A stretch of DNA of 64,000 bases from Pseudomonadota bacterium (GCA_029782295.1 JAKOVB010000168.1:169250-233249); one strand, 5' to 3'. Counted from the first letter of the stretch, positions 1-11,000 are shown. The notes: generated from the sequence alone by a model not told the origin. Numbers and translations are program-made.

Positions 1-333
1 CGGCTTGGTCAGGTAATAGTACGCGCCCTCGTGCAGGCCCTCTGCGACGTCCTGTGCGGAAACGGCAGCGGTTTGCAGGATGACCGGCAGCAACTTCAGG
101 CGCGGATCGCGCTTGATGCGCTTGAGTACTTCGATGCCGTCCATGTCCGGCATCATGCGGTCCAGCAGCACGGCGTCAAAACGGTCCGGTTCTGCGAGCA
201 GTTTCTCCCAGGCGCTGGTGCCGTTCTCGGCCATGACCAGGTCATAGCCGCAGTCATCCAGTTGTGCCTGGATGACCTCGAGGTTGAACGGTTCGTCGTC
301 GACGACCAGCAGGGTGGGTTGGTGGTAACTCAT
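1..333 (-). CDS. Response regulator receiver-domain protein (N-terminal part only; the rest lies left of the window)
   Basis: Minus-strand translation from ATG 333-331 reads MSYHQPTLLVVDDEPFNLEVI...DAVLLDRMMPDMDGIEVLKRIK, a receiver DD...D signature. Its ATG overlaps the kinase stop (ATGA at 330-333). It is absent from the ORF track because it runs off the window edge. Confidence 0.85.
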   Translation of the reverse strand, partial: MSYHQPTLLVVDDEPFNLEVIQAQLDDCGYDLVMAENGTSAWEKLLAEPDRFDAVLLDRMMPDMDGIEVLKRIKRDPRLKLLPVILQTAAVSAQDVAEGLHEGAYYYLTKP

Positions 334-2597
334 GACACGGTCTCCAGGGATTGGACGAGCGGGATTTCAATGTTCAGGCAGGCGCCGCCCTCTGGCGGAC
401 GGGTGGCGAAGATACGCCCCCCGTGGTGTTCGATGATTTCGCGGCAGATCGGCAGGCCGAGGCCGGTGCCGCCGGCACCGGTCCGTGTGGCACTGCTCTG
501 TTCGAATTTGTCGAACACCTTTTCCAGTTCCGCTTCCGGGATGCCGACGCCCTCGTCGCGAACCGTGATGGCGACGCCGGGGCGGCTGGCACCGCCTGTA
601 TCGAGGTTGATCGGGTGGCTGGCCACCGAGATGGTGCCGCCGTCAGCCGAGTAGCGGATGGCGTTCAGCAGCAGATTGGCCAGGACCTGGCGGATGCGTT
701 GTGCGTCGCATTCGACGTTGAGGTCTGTCTGCAGACCGGAAGTATCCAGCCGGATGTTGCGGCTTTCGGCGAGTAATCGCAGTTCCTGCAGGGCGGATTC
801 GACCAGCGGGCGCAAGCCATAGGTGTGCATGCTGTAGACGATCTTGCCGCCTTCCAGGCTGGACAGGTGGAGCAGGTCGTTGAGCAGTTTCATGAGGCGA
901 TCCCCGGATTGCTCGATACGGGTGAAGAATTGCAGCAGGCGGCCGGCGGCTTCGCCCATGCCACGGGTTTTCTCGACACCGAGCCGGCTGAAGGAAATGA
1001 TGGCGTGCAACGGCGTACGGAATTCATGCGTCATGTTGGTCAGGAACACCGACTTTGCCTCGCTGGCCTGCTCGGCGGCGTTCTTGGCTTTCAGCAGTTC
1101 GGTGGTGCGTTCGGCTACCATGTCCTGCAGGCGGTCGCGGTGCCCGGCGAGCTCTTCCTGGATCCCCTTGAGGTCGGAAATGTCGGTCATGGTCCCGATC
1201 ATGCGCACCGGCTGGCACGTGTCATCGCGTTCGGTGACCTTGCCGCGCTCGAGCATCCATTTGTACTGGCCATCCTTGCAACGCATGCGGAATTCCCGCT
1301 GGTAAACCGCCACCTCGCCCCTGAGGTGGCGATCCAGTTCTGCCTTGCATTCCGGCAGGTCATCGGGATGGACGCATTTTTCCCATTCTGTGAGGGTATC
1401 GCCGATATCTTCGATCTCGTACCCCGCCATGGATTTCCATCGTGGTGAGAAATAGACCTTGCCCGAGCGTATATCCCAGTCCCAGACGCCATCTCCGGCG
1501 CCTTCCAGGGCGAACTGCCAGCGCTGCTCGCTTTCCAGCAGCAGCTTGTTGGCACGTTCCTGTTGCAGGTCGATCGCCAGGCGCATTTCCCGCTGGCGTC
1601 CGAGAAACTGGCGCCGCCATAACTCCAGCAGGCCCCCGACGAAGACCAGGCCCAGCATCAGCGTGATGCCGGCGGTCATGGCAAGTTGGCGGATGGTGCT
1701 GAAGGCTTCGCTTTCGTCGATCTTGGCAATCATCATCCAGGGGGTGCCGCGGATTTCCGTGGCATAGGCCAGTTGCGGCACACCGCGGTAGTCCAGGCAG
1801 CTGCCCAGCAGCCCACGCAGGCCACCTTGCATGATTTTCCCGGAGCACACCCGGGGATCGAGCGAAATACGCATCGTCATGGGCGGTTTCGATGAATGGC
1901 GCAGTTTGTTCAGGAAGACGACATGGTCGCCTTCGATCTGGAACAGGAGTGTTTCGGCGGAACGCTTTTTGTTGGGCCAGGACTGGATCATGGGGTACAG
2001 ATGTTTGTCCGGGTCGATTTCGTACAGGAAGGCGCCTTGGGGTTTTCCGTCGACCATGAGGGGCTGGATGATGCCGAGGCTGGAGCGGATGCCGGTCGGC
2101 GAGGGCTGCAGGTGGAAGGTGACCAGCTGCGGCTTCCGGCTCGACATTGCTTTAAGAATCAGAGGAAGGTGGTGTTCCTCGGAACTGGCCTCGCCGGTGC
2201 CGATGAGCGTGTGGCCTGCCTGGTCGAACACTACGATGTTGTTGTAATCATAGGTCCGGGAAATGTCGTTCAGGCGCTTTACGATGGAATCCTTCAGCTT
2301 GCCTGGTCGCTGCCCCTCGGCTGACCAGCGTGCAATCATTTCTGCCAGTGCACCGCTGCTATGGATTCTGGCATCACTGTAACGACCATTCAGCCAGGAT
2401 ACGATCTGGTTCGTTTTCAGCTCGGCGACTGACGTCAGGTCGCTTTCGATGTTGTCGCGGATGTTGTCGCGCAGGGACAGGTAGACAACCCCCGCGGTCG
2501 CCATGATGAACAGGCTGATGACGACAAACAGCAGCGCGAGCCGGTGGGGGAATCCCGCCAGGTTTTCCCCGATGGACCGTGTGGTTGAGAATTCCAT
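330..2597 (-). CDS. Sensor histidine kinase (N-terminal TM + periplasmic Cache-like region, TM, PAS, HisKA, HATPase_c)
   Basis: 755-aa ORF. H-box MTHEFRTPLHAIISF, N-box LLLNAIRYS, G-boxes RDEGVGIP and GTGLGLPICREI. PAS-like segment WDWDIRSGKVYFSPRWKSMAGY. Two hydrophobic segments flank a roughly 270-aa extracytoplasmic region. Confidence 0.9.
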   Translation of the reverse strand: MEFSTTRSIGENLAGFPHRLALLFVVISLFIMATAGVVYLSLRDNIRDNIESDLTSVAELKTNQIVSWLNGRYSDARIHSSGALAEMIARWSAEGQRPGKLKDSIVKRLNDISRTYDYNNIVVFDQAGHTLIGTGEASSEEHHLPLILKAMSSRKPQLVTFHLQPSPTGIRSSLGIIQPLMVDGKPQGAFLYEIDPDKHLYPMIQSWPNKKRSAETLLFQIEGDHVVFLNKLRHSSKPPMTMRISLDPRVCSGKIMQGGLRGLLGSCLDYRGVPQLAYATEIRGTPWMMIAKIDESEAFSTIRQLAMTAGITLMLGLVFVGGLLELWRRQFLGRQREMRLAIDLQQERANKLLLESEQRWQFALEGAGDGVWDWDIRSGKVYFSPRWKSMAGYEIEDIGDTLTEWEKCVHPDDLPECKAELDRHLRGEVAVYQREFRMRCKDGQYKWMLERGKVTERDDTCQPVRMIGTMTDISDLKGIQEELAGHRDRLQDMVAERTTELLKAKNAAEQASEAKSVFLTNMTHEFRTPLHAIISFSRLGVEKTRGMGEAAGRLLQFFTRIEQSGDRLMKLLNDLLHLSSLEGGKIVYSMHTYGLRPLVESALQELRLLAESRNIRLDTSGLQTDLNVECDAQRIRQVLANLLLNAIRYSADGGTISVASHPINLDTGGASRPGVAITVRDEGVGIPEAELEKVFDKFEQSSATRTGAGGTGLGLPICREIIEHHGGRIFATRPPEGGACLNIEIPLVQSLETVS

Positions 2598-2683
2598 GCG
2601 GCATTGTTACATGAGGATTCGGTTGGCTCAACAACGTCGATTCGGTAGGATGCCAGCATTGAACTTCTGAGTCGGAGCGCACG

Positions 2684-2986
2684 ATGTATGTGACCCTGGT
2701 GCATGTCCATGTCAAACCGGAGCATGTGGCTGAATTTATCGAGGCAACGCACAGGAACCATCAGCATTCGGTGCGCGAACCCGGCAACCTGCGCTTCGAT
2801 GTGCTGCAGTCGCCGGAGGATCCTGCCCACTTCATCCTCTATGAGGCCTATGCCACCGAGGCGGATGCGGCCCGTCACAAGGAAACCGAGCATTACCTGG
2901 CCTGGCGTAACCGGGTGGCGGACTGGATGGCGTCCAGCCGCGTCGGTGTGCGCTTCCACGGCCTGTACCCGGAGGTCGGGCAATGA
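2684..2986 (+). CDS. ABM-domain (antibiotic biosynthesis monooxygenase-like / LsrG-like) small protein
   Basis: 100 aa, MYVTLVHVHVKPEHVAEFIEAT...FDVLQSPEDPAHFILYEAY...HKETEHY, typical of the ferredoxin-like ABM fold. Its stop overlaps the next ATG (ATGA). Confidence 0.75.
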   Translation: MYVTLVHVHVKPEHVAEFIEATHRNHQHSVREPGNLRFDVLQSPEDPAHFILYEAYATEADAARHKETEHYLAWRNRVADWMASSRVGVRFHGLYPEVGQ

Positions 2987-4173
2987 GTGTTCAGGCATTC
3001 TCCATTACCGCGCTGCCCGGCATCGTGTTCGGCGATGGCGTGCGCCAGCGCCTGCCGGAACTGGCAGCTGGATTCGGCAGGCGTGCGCTGGTCATCACCG
3101 GTGCCGCTTCGTTTACCGGCACCCCGGCATGGCCGGCGCTACAGGCGGCGCTGGCAGACAGGGGGGTGGAGGTTGCGCATGCAACGGTCAGTGGAGAGCC
3201 TTCGCCGCAGCTCGCGGATGCTCTGGCCCGGCAGTTCCGGGGGGGCGGGATTGACGTCGTCATCGGCATCGGCGGCGGGAGCGTGCTGGATGCGGCCAAG
3301 GCCGTTGCCGGATTACTGCGTGTCCCGAACAGCGTGATGGATTTCCTGGAGGGCGTCGGCCCCGAGCTTCCCTATCCCGGTCCAGCCACCCCTTTCATTG
3401 CGGTGCCGACTACCGCCGGCACCGGTTCCGAAGCCACCCGTAACGCCGTACTGTCGGTGACGGGGGAAGGCGGTTTCAAGAAGTCCTTCCGCCACGAGAC
3501 CCTGGTGCCGAAGTTTGCCGTGGTCGATTCGGAGTTGCTGGCCACTTGCCCGCGTGCGTTGATTGCGGCGGACGGCATGGATGCATTGACGCAGTTGCTG
3601 GAATCCTACGTGTCGCTGAAAGCCAATCCATTTACCGATGCGCTGGCGCTTTCCGGTATCGCCGCCGTGCGCGACGCCCTGCTGCCATGGCACGACGGCG
3701 TCGGGGACGTGGCCGCGCACCGGCGCGCCATGGCCTATGCCGCCCTGCTGTCCGGGATCACGCTGGCGCAGGTGGGGCTGGGGTCGGTGCACGGTCTGGC
3801 CGCACCGCTCGGGGCCTTCTTCCCGATGCCTCACGGCGTGGTGTGCGGCACGCTGGTCAGCGTCTGCAGCGAGATCAATCTGCGTGCGCTGCGCGATCGG
3901 GACCGGACGAATCCCGCGCTGGCCAAGTATGCCGAACTGGGGCGGTTGCTGGCCAACCAGCCAGGCTTGCCGGACGAGGCGGCCAGTGCCGCATTGCTGG
4001 AGATCCTGTCTGCGTGGACGGATCACCTGCAGTTGCCGAGGCTGTCGGCCTACGGCATGGGTGTTGCGGACATTCCGCGTGTGGTGGCCAACTGCCGCGG
4101 CAGCAGTATGAAAACCAACCCGGTCGTGCTGCAGGATGATGAAGTGGCGGAAATTCTGAGGCGACGGCTATGA
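2983..4173 (+). CDS. Iron-containing (group III) alcohol dehydrogenase
   Basis: 396 aa. GIGGGSVLDAAKAV nucleotide-binding motif, PTTAGTGSE, and His-rich metal site (HGLAAPLG...PHGVVCG). Confidence 0.9.
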   Translation: MSVQAFSITALPGIVFGDGVRQRLPELAAGFGRRALVITGAASFTGTPAWPALQAALADRGVEVAHATVSGEPSPQLADALARQFRGGGIDVVIGIGGGSVLDAAKAVAGLLRVPNSVMDFLEGVGPELPYPGPATPFIAVPTTAGTGSEATRNAVLSVTGEGGFKKSFRHETLVPKFAVVDSELLATCPRALIAADGMDALTQLLESYVSLKANPFTDALALSGIAAVRDALLPWHDGVGDVAAHRRAMAYAALLSGITLAQVGLGSVHGLAAPLGAFFPMPHGVVCGTLVSVCSEINLRALRDRDRTNPALAKYAELGRLLANQPGLPDEAASAALLEILSAWTDHLQLPRLSAYGMGVADIPRVVANCRGSSMKTNPVVLQDDEVAEILRRRL

Positions 4174-4784
4174 GCGAAAACCGGCGTTTTTATGGTGTGC
4201 TGCTGGCGGTCCTGGCGATTGCCGGTGTGTGGTCAGGCATCGCACCGAGAGACCGCTTCACCTGGTGGCTGGAAATCTTTCCCGTCCTCCTTGCGCTGCC
4301 GGTCCTGGTGGCGACCGAAGCACGCTTCCCCTTCTCGCGTCTGGCTTACGGGCTGATGCTGGCGCATGCCATCATCCTGCTGGTGGGCGGGCATTACACT
4401 TATGCCGAAATGCCTTTGTTCAACTGGCTGCGCGATACGTACGACCTGTCGCGCAATTACTATGACCGTGTCGGCCACGTCGCCCAGGGGTTCGTGCCGG
4501 CGATCGTCGCTCGGGAGATCCTGTTGCGCCGGTCGCCGTTGCAACCGGGCAAATGGCTGTTCTTCATCGTGACCAGCATTTGCCTCGCCATCAGCGCCTG
4601 TTACGAATTCCTCGAGTGGTGGGTGGCGCTGGCTTCCGGCAGCGATGCGGTGGCTTTCCTCGCGACGCAAGGGGACGTGTGGGACACGCAGTGGGACATG
4701 TTTCTGGCCTTGCTGGGGGCGATGGCCGCGCAGGGTTTGCTATCACGGGCGCACGACCGCGCCATGGCGCGCGTGCTTCGCTAG
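4170..4784 (+). CDS. YjdF-family (DUF2238) inner-membrane protein
   Basis: 204 aa with about 6 hydrophobic helices. YDRVGHVAQGFVPA and YEFLEWW motifs as I remember them for the YjdF family. ATGA overlap with the ADH gene. Confidence 0.7.
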   Translation: MSENRRFYGVLLAVLAIAGVWSGIAPRDRFTWWLEIFPVLLALPVLVATEARFPFSRLAYGLMLAHAIILLVGGHYTYAEMPLFNWLRDTYDLSRNYYDRVGHVAQGFVPAIVAREILLRRSPLQPGKWLFFIVTSICLAISACYEFLEWWVALASGSDAVAFLATQGDVWDTQWDMFLALLGAMAAQGLLSRAHDRAMARVLR

Positions 4785-4787
4785 GCA

Positions 4788-5450
4788 TCAGCGACGCGGC
4801 GGCTTTTTCGGCTGGCGGGTGATGATGCCCCGGGTGCCGAAGGGTGCGGTGAACAGGTTGATGAAGCGCAGCAGCAGGATCAGCAGGGTAATGCCTGCGG
4901 CCTGGAACGAGAACGGCTCGCTGACGCTGCGCCGGGTCTTGCAGCCGGTGATCATGGCCCAGACCAGGAACTCCTTGTGTGCCAGGCTGCCCATCAGTAC
5001 GCCGAACAGGTGCACCCCGATCAGCCATAGCCACGCGTAGCTCAGGTGGTGATGCCAGTCCTTGGCGAAATCGTTGTCGTATTCGAATGCCCAATAACCG
5101 GTCGCCACGGTCGACAGCCCGAGAAGCAGCATGGCGTAGATGGCCAGCGCACCGGCCGGGTTGTGACCAAGGTGGTTCCTGGCTTGGCCCCGGACCAGGT
5201 CGATCGCATATTGGAGGCCCTTGATCGGGGCGGGCGGAAAGCGCCGGAACCCGGCCAGGTCCTGTGCCAGGAAGCCATAGAGAATGCGGACCAGCAGCAC
5301 GGCGGCCATGGTGTAGCCGGCGTAGACATGGATCATGCGATCGAGCTCGGAGTCGCGCGTCCACATGGCGACCGAGAATGCGGCCACCATGCTCCAGTGC
5401 ATCACGCGCACTGGCCAGCGCCAGACCAGGATGATTTTCGATGTCTTCAT
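4788..5450 (-). CDS. Cytochrome b561-type / Ni-Fe-hydrogenase b-type cytochrome family membrane protein
   Basis: 220 aa. N-terminal RWPVRVMHWSMV with conserved His, four TM helices, and further His in helices (HLGHNPAG, HHHLSY). Confidence 0.7.
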   Translation of the reverse strand: MKTSKIILVWRWPVRVMHWSMVAAFSVAMWTRDSELDRMIHVYAGYTMAAVLLVRILYGFLAQDLAGFRRFPPAPIKGLQYAIDLVRGQARNHLGHNPAGALAIYAMLLLGLSTVATGYWAFEYDNDFAKDWHHHLSYAWLWLIGVHLFGVLMGSLAHKEFLVWAMITGCKTRRSVSEPFSFQAAGITLLILLLRFINLFTAPFGTRGIITRQPKKPPRR

Positions 5451-5585
5451 GCGTATTGGTTATTTACAGTCGCCCGGCCGTGCCGTGATCGTGAAGTCGG
5501 CAGAAAGTACACAAGCTTGCACCATACCGGCCTGCCGTTTCAGCGGTGACGCCCGGCATGGTGAAGGATAGATTTGGTCGTGGCC

Positions 5586-6506
5586 TCAGTCACGCGCCGC
5601 GTGGCCTGTTTCCGTCATCAGGAAGGGGTTGGGTCCGTAACGTTCAAAGCCGGCCTCGCCGACCAGGACATCCAGCGGCAGGGTGGCCAGGTCGTCGGCG
5701 ATCACGTCTGCGGCCGGGTTTTTCTCCATGTGCATGACCTTGCTGTAGGTGTGGCACGCGTCGCAGCTTTCCGCCTGCACGGTGTCGTCCCCGCCCTCGA
5801 TTCCGTAATAGAACACTTTTGCGCTTTCGCCGCAGTTGACGCAGTGGATACGTTCCATATGCCATTGCGCATTGCAGAGCGAGCAGGCGAGGTAGCGCAG
5901 GCCTTGCGTCGTCGCGCCGCTACGCACGAGGCTGCCGACCGGTGGGGCGTTGCACACCGGGCACTGTTGGGCAGCGTGGCCGTCCGGATGGTGTCGGATC
6001 GAATTCGCTTCCAGATGGCGGGTGAGTGCGGTCCAGTAGACCTGCAGGGCTGCCGCGACCATGGGCATCATGCCGATGTCGCAGTGTTGCGGGTCGCCTT
6101 CCAGCATGCCTTGGGCCCATTGCTCCAGGTCGCCCGGGGTGGCTTTCTCCAGCAGGCCATTCATCCATCTGGCATAGTCCGGCGGTGCCTTGGGCGTGAC
6201 CGCGGCGATGATCTGCCGCAGCACCTGCTGCCAGACCGGGTCGCGATGCAGGCGGGTGTGGTCGAGTGGTACCGGCCCCCCCGTGCCCTCCGGCAGGGAG
6301 GGGTGCAGGCTGTTCAGGGCTTGTTGCTGGGCCAGGGCGATCTCGGCGACGAAGCCGAGGTAATCCGCCATGGCATGGCCGGTTGCGAGCGACTTCAGGC
6401 GTGCCGCCCGGTCGAAGAACAGGTTCTCCGTCTCGGGCAGCAGCAGGAAGGGGATCTCGGTGGCGCTGGGGATGATGGGGATGGGGTTGCTGCGGTCGAT
6501 CGCCAT
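5586..6506 (-). CDS. fdhE: Formate dehydrogenase accessory protein FdhE
   Basis: Start taken at the internal Met ([10 protein letters not shown]...), whose ATG at 6506-6504 overlaps the fdnI stop. Four CxxC pairs (CPVCNAPP, CSLCNAQW, CVNCGES, CDACHTY). Located immediately downstream of fdnGHI. Confidence 0.9.
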   Translation of the reverse strand: MAIDRSNPIPIIPSATEIPFLLLPETENLFFDRAARLKSLATGHAMADYLGFVAEIALAQQQALNSLHPSLPEGTGGPVPLDHTRLHRDPVWQQVLRQIIAAVTPKAPPDYARWMNGLLEKATPGDLEQWAQGMLEGDPQHCDIGMMPMVAAALQVYWTALTRHLEANSIRHHPDGHAAQQCPVCNAPPVGSLVRSGATTQGLRYLACSLCNAQWHMERIHCVNCGESAKVFYYGIEGGDDTVQAESCDACHTYSKVMHMEKNPAADVIADDLATLPLDVLVGEAGFERYGPNPFLMTETGHAARD

Positions 6507-7144
6507 CAGTGGTCGTTGCCCTCGACGATGCGCTTGTACCAGCCCGGATGGTGCTTCTTCACCCACGCACGTTCCACGGTGCCGCGGATCATGGCGCGCA
6601 GCGTGCCCTTGACCCAGATTGCCGCGTAGACGTGCACGATGATGCCGGTGGACATGACGAAGGCGCACAGGGCGTGCATCAGCACGGCGAAGCGGTCGAG
6701 GTTGCGCGGGAAGAACGGCGTGAACCACGGTTGCCAGATGATGATGCCGGTCACGAACAGGGTCGGGATGGTGGCGATCATGGTCCAGAACAGCAGCTTC
6801 TGGCCGGCGTTGTAGCGGTCGACTTCGGGCAGCTTGTCCTCATGGTTCTGGATCACGTCCGGAATCTGCTTCAGCCACTGCACATCGTTCTTGCTCAGGA
6901 TGTTGTGGTGCCAGAAGCGCAACGCCAGGCCGCTGAACGAAACGAACATCACCACACCGATGTACGGGTGCAGGATGCGCGTCCACGGGCCGCCGCCGAA
7001 CAGGTTAGTGAGCCAGAACAAGGCAGGATGGAACAGCGCGAAGCCGGACAGGATCAGCAGGATGAAGGTGATCGCCGTGACCCAGTGGTTCAGGCGTTCC
7101 TGCGCGTTGTAACGCTGGATGTATTTGTCGGAATGCGTGCTCAT
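6506..7144 (-). CDS. fdnI: Formate dehydrogenase-N gamma subunit (cytochrome b556)
   Basis: 212 aa, four TM helices, heme-ligand His residues, N-terminal [14 protein letters not shown] typical of FdnI/FdoI. Confidence 0.9.
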   Translation of the reverse strand: MSTHSDKYIQRYNAQERLNHWVTAITFILLILSGFALFHPALFWLTNLFGGGPWTRILHPYIGVVMFVSFSGLALRFWHHNILSKNDVQWLKQIPDVIQNHEDKLPEVDRYNAGQKLLFWTMIATIPTLFVTGIIIWQPWFTPFFPRNLDRFAVLMHALCAFVMSTGIIVHVYAAIWVKGTLRAMIRGTVERAWVKKHHPGWYKRIVEGNDH

Positions 7145-8013
7145 GCCTTTTCCTCCTCTTCATCCTCTTCGACTTCGTTCGGCCCGATGCCGATGTAGTG
7201 GAAGAATCCGCCCAGCACCGCGCCGGCCATGGCCATCAGGGCCAGCGGCTTGGTGATGCCCTTCCAAACGGCCACCATCGGGTTGATGTGCGGATCACGC
7301 GGCAGTTCGTTGTACAACTCCGGCTTGTCGGCGTGGTGCAGCACGTACATCACGTGGGTGCCACCGACGCCTTGCGGGTCGTACAGCCCGGCATTCTCGA
7401 AGCCGCGTTCCTTCAGTTCGGCGATACGCTCGGCGGCATGGTCCTTCATGTCCTCCTTGCTGCCGAATACCAGCGCCTGCGTCGGGCAGGCCTTGATACA
7501 GGCCGGTTCCAGACCCACGGCCACGCGGTCGGAACACAGGGTGCACTTGTACACCTTGCTGTCTTCCTTGGACAGGCGCGGGATGTTGAACGGGCAGCCC
7601 TTGATGCAGTAGCCGCAGCCGATGCAGTTCTCCTCGGCGAAGTCGACGATGCCGTTCTTGTACTGGATGATCGCGCCGGGGGAGGGGCAGGCCTTGAGGC
7701 AGCCCGGGTCGGCACAGTGCATGCAGCCATCCTTGCGGATCAGCCATTCCAGATGGCCGTTCTCCTCGATTTCGGCAAAGCGCATCAGCGTCCAGCTGTT
7801 GGCCGTGAGGTCGTGCGGGTTCTGGTAGGAGCCGATGTTCACACCGACTTCCTCGCGCACGTCGTTCCATTCCTGGCACGCCGACTGGCAGGCCTTGCAG
7901 CCGATGCACTTGGTGACGTCGATCAGCTTGGCCACCTCGATCGGCTCGCGCTGCGAGGGCGACGGGGTGGTGGTGGCGGAACGGCGCCAGATATCAAGCG
8001 ATTGCAGCGCCAT
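7141..8013 (-). CDS. fdnH: Formate dehydrogenase-N beta (4x[4Fe-4S]) subunit
   Basis: 290 aa. [57 protein letters not shown] clusters and a C-terminal TM anchor. Confidence 0.95.
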   Translation of the reverse strand: MALQSLDIWRRSATTTPSPSQREPIEVAKLIDVTKCIGCKACQSACQEWNDVREEVGVNIGSYQNPHDLTANSWTLMRFAEIEENGHLEWLIRKDGCMHCADPGCLKACPSPGAIIQYKNGIVDFAEENCIGCGYCIKGCPFNIPRLSKEDSKVYKCTLCSDRVAVGLEPACIKACPTQALVFGSKEDMKDHAAERIAELKERGFENAGLYDPQGVGGTHVMYVLHHADKPELYNELPRDPHINPMVAVWKGITKPLALMAMAGAVLGGFFHYIGIGPNEVEEDEEEEKA

Positions 8014-8015
8014 GA

Positions 8016-11000
8016 TTACACTTCCTCCGTTTTGTTGCGACCAAACAGCCAGCCGCGGCGGGGCAGGTCGACCTCACCGGCGTCGGCAGTTTTGGGTGTG
8101 GCTTGTGTCGTTGCTTCGGTCGCGGCCGCCATGGGCTTGCCGGTGTCCTTCTCGACATTCACCAGGAATGATTTGAACTCCGGCGTTTGCGTGTTGGCAT
8201 CCCCCACGAACGGTGTCAGCGTGTTGGCGATGAAGCCCTGCTTGGCCACGCCGGTAAAGCCCCAGTGGATCGGCACGCCGATCTGGTGGATACGCTTGCC
8301 AGCCACGTCCAGCGCCTTGATCCGTTTGGTGACCACGGCCACCGCGCGGATGAAGCCGCGCTTGGATCGGACCACGACGCGTTCGCCGTTCTCGATGCCT
8401 TTTTCCTTCGCCAGTTCCTCGCCGATTTCCACGAACTGTTCCGGCTGCAGCGAAGCGTTGATCTTCGAATGCTTGGTCCAGAAGTGAAAGTGCTCCGTCA
8501 GGCGGTAGGTCGTGCCCACGTAGGGGAACTCGGCGTTGGTGCCGAAATGCTCCTTGTCCTTCGGGAATACGCGCGCAGCCGGGTTGCTGATCACCTTGGG
8601 GTGCAGCGGGTTGGTGCCCAGCGGACTTTCGAACGGCTCGTAGTGCTCAGGGAAGGGGCCCTCTGCCATCTTGTCCACGGCGAACAGACGTCCCACGCCT
8701 TCGTTGTTCATGATGAAGGGAGAGACCCCTGCTTCCGGCGGGGAGTCGGCCTTGAAGTCAGGCACGTCAGGCCCGCTCCATTTGCTGCCATCCCAGGCGA
8801 CCAGCTTGCGCTTGGGATCCCAGGGCTTGCCGTTGACATCGCAGGAGGCGCGGTTGTAGAGAATGCGTCGGTTGAGCGGCCATGCCCACGCCCAGTTGGG
8901 GGAAACCCCCAGGCCGGACGGGTCGGAGTTGTCGCGCCGTGCCATCTGGTTGCCGGCTTCGGTCCAGCTTCCGGCGAAGATCCAGCAGCCGCTCGCCGTC
9001 TTGCCATCGTCCGTCATGTGGGCAAAGGTCGAGAGTTGCTGCCCTGCCTTGACCAGGACCTTGGTCTTGTCCTTGGGATCGACGATGTCTTCCAGCGCGT
9101 AACCGTTGGCTTCCTTGGCCAGTTCTTCCGGCGAAGGTTCTTCAGGGTCGTGGTACGGCCAGTGAAGGTTCATGATCGGGTCTGCGAACGCGCCGCCATC
9201 CTTGGCGTACATCTCCCGCAGTTTCATGAACAGGCTGGACATGATGGCGATGTCGGTACGGCATTCGCCCGGCGCTTCGGCACCCTTCCAGTGCCATTGC
9301 AGCCAGCGGGTGCTGTTGACCAGGGAGCCATCTTCCTCGGCGAACAGGGTGGTCGGCAGACGGAACACTTCGGTCTGGATTTTGGACGGATCGACGTCGT
9401 TGGATTCGCCGTAGTTCTTCCAGAATTCGGAAGTCTCGGTCTGCAGCGGGTCCATCACGACCAGATATTTCAGCTTGGACAGGGCAGCGCCCACTTTGGC
9501 CTTGTTCGGGAACGAGGCAAGGGGGTTGAATCCCTGGCAGAAATAGCCGTTCATCTTGCCCTGGTCCATCAGGTCGAATACGCGCAGGACATCGTAGACC
9601 TTGTCCAGCTTGGGCAGCCAGTCGTAACCAAAGTCGTTGTCCTTGGTCGCAGCAGGACCGTACCACGCCTTCATCAGGCTGGTATGGAACTTGGGATAGT
9701 TCTGCCAGTAATTGATCTGGTCAGGGCGCAGCAGCTTGGGCGTGCGCTTTTCCAGATAGGCGGCACGGGTGTCCTCGCCGTCCTTGGCCAGGGACATATA
9801 ACCCGGCAGCAGGTCGGAAAGCAGCCCGAGGTCTGTCAGCCCCTGGATGTTGGAGTGGCCGCGCAGCGCGTTCACGCCGCCGCCGGCCATGCCGATGTTC
9901 CCCAGCAGCAGTTGCAGCATCGCCAGCGTGCGGATGTTCTGCGCCCCGATGGAGTGCTGCGTCCAGCCCAGTGCATACAGGCTGGTCATGGTGCGATCCG
10001 GCACTGCCGTCGTCGCGATCATTTCGCAGATGTGCAGAAACTGGTCCTTGGGCGTACCGGTAATGCTGCTGACCACGTCGGGGGTGTAGCGATCGACGTG
10101 CCCCTTCAGCAGGTTGAGCACGCAGCGCGGGTGCTGCAGGGTCGGATCGACCTTGGCAAAGCCCTTGGCATCCAGTTCGTAAGCCCAGCTGGATTTGTCG
10201 TACTTGTGTTCCTTTTCGACGTACCCGCTGAACAGGCCGTCCTCGAAGCCAAAGTCCTCGCGGACGATGAACGCCGCGTTGGTAAACGCCTTGACGTACT
10301 CGTGCTGGATCTGGTCTTTCTCCAGCAAATAGCGAATCACCCCGCTCAGGAACGCGATATCCGTGCCGGAGCGGATGGGCGCATAGTAATCCGCGACCGA
10401 TGCCGTGCGGGTGAAGCGCGGATCGACCACGATCAGCTTGGCCTTGTTGTGTGCCTTGGCTTCGACCGCCCACTTGAACCCGACCGGGTGGGCTTCGGCG
10501 GCATTGCCGCCCATCACCAGGATGAGGTTCGCATTCTTGATGTCTGTCCAGGAATTCGTCATCGCGCCGCGACCGAATGATGGGGCAAGACTTGCCACCG
10601 TCGGTGCGTGTCAGACGCGTGCCTGGTTGTCGAGTGCGACGATCCCTAAACTGCGAACGACCTTATGGGTCAGGTAACCGGCTTCGTTGGAGGATGCCGA
10701 TGCGGCCAGGAAGCCGACGGTATTCCAGCGGTTGACGGTTTGCCCCTTGTCATTCTTGGCAATGAAATGCTGATCCCGGTCTTCCTTCATCAGCTTGGCA
10801 ATCCGCTCGGTCGCCCATTCCCAGGACACGCGCTTCCACTCGTTGCTGCCGGGGGCACGGTATTCGGGGAAAGTGATGCGGCTCTTGCTGTGCACGAATT
10901 CCAGCAGGCCAGCGCCCTTTGGGCACAGGCTGCCGCGGCTGACCGGATGGTCCGGGTCCCCCTCGATGTGGATGATCTCGGACTTGGCGTTCTTCGCCTT

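Noticed and set aside
8187-10580. Very long antisense ORFs. Examples: 8187..10580 (+, 797 aa), 16838..19093 (+, 751 aa), 20456..22747 (+, 763 aa), 37999..40131 (+, 710 aa), 5574..6629 (+), 36274..37491 (+), 55168..55932 (+).
   Set aside because: Each lies opposite a gene with unmistakable conserved motifs (fdnG, selB, fdsA/fdhD, alaS, fdhE, lysC, folE2). Their translations are Arg/Gly/Ala/His-rich low-complexity sequence, typical of shadow ORFs in high-GC DNA. None shows a recognisable motif.
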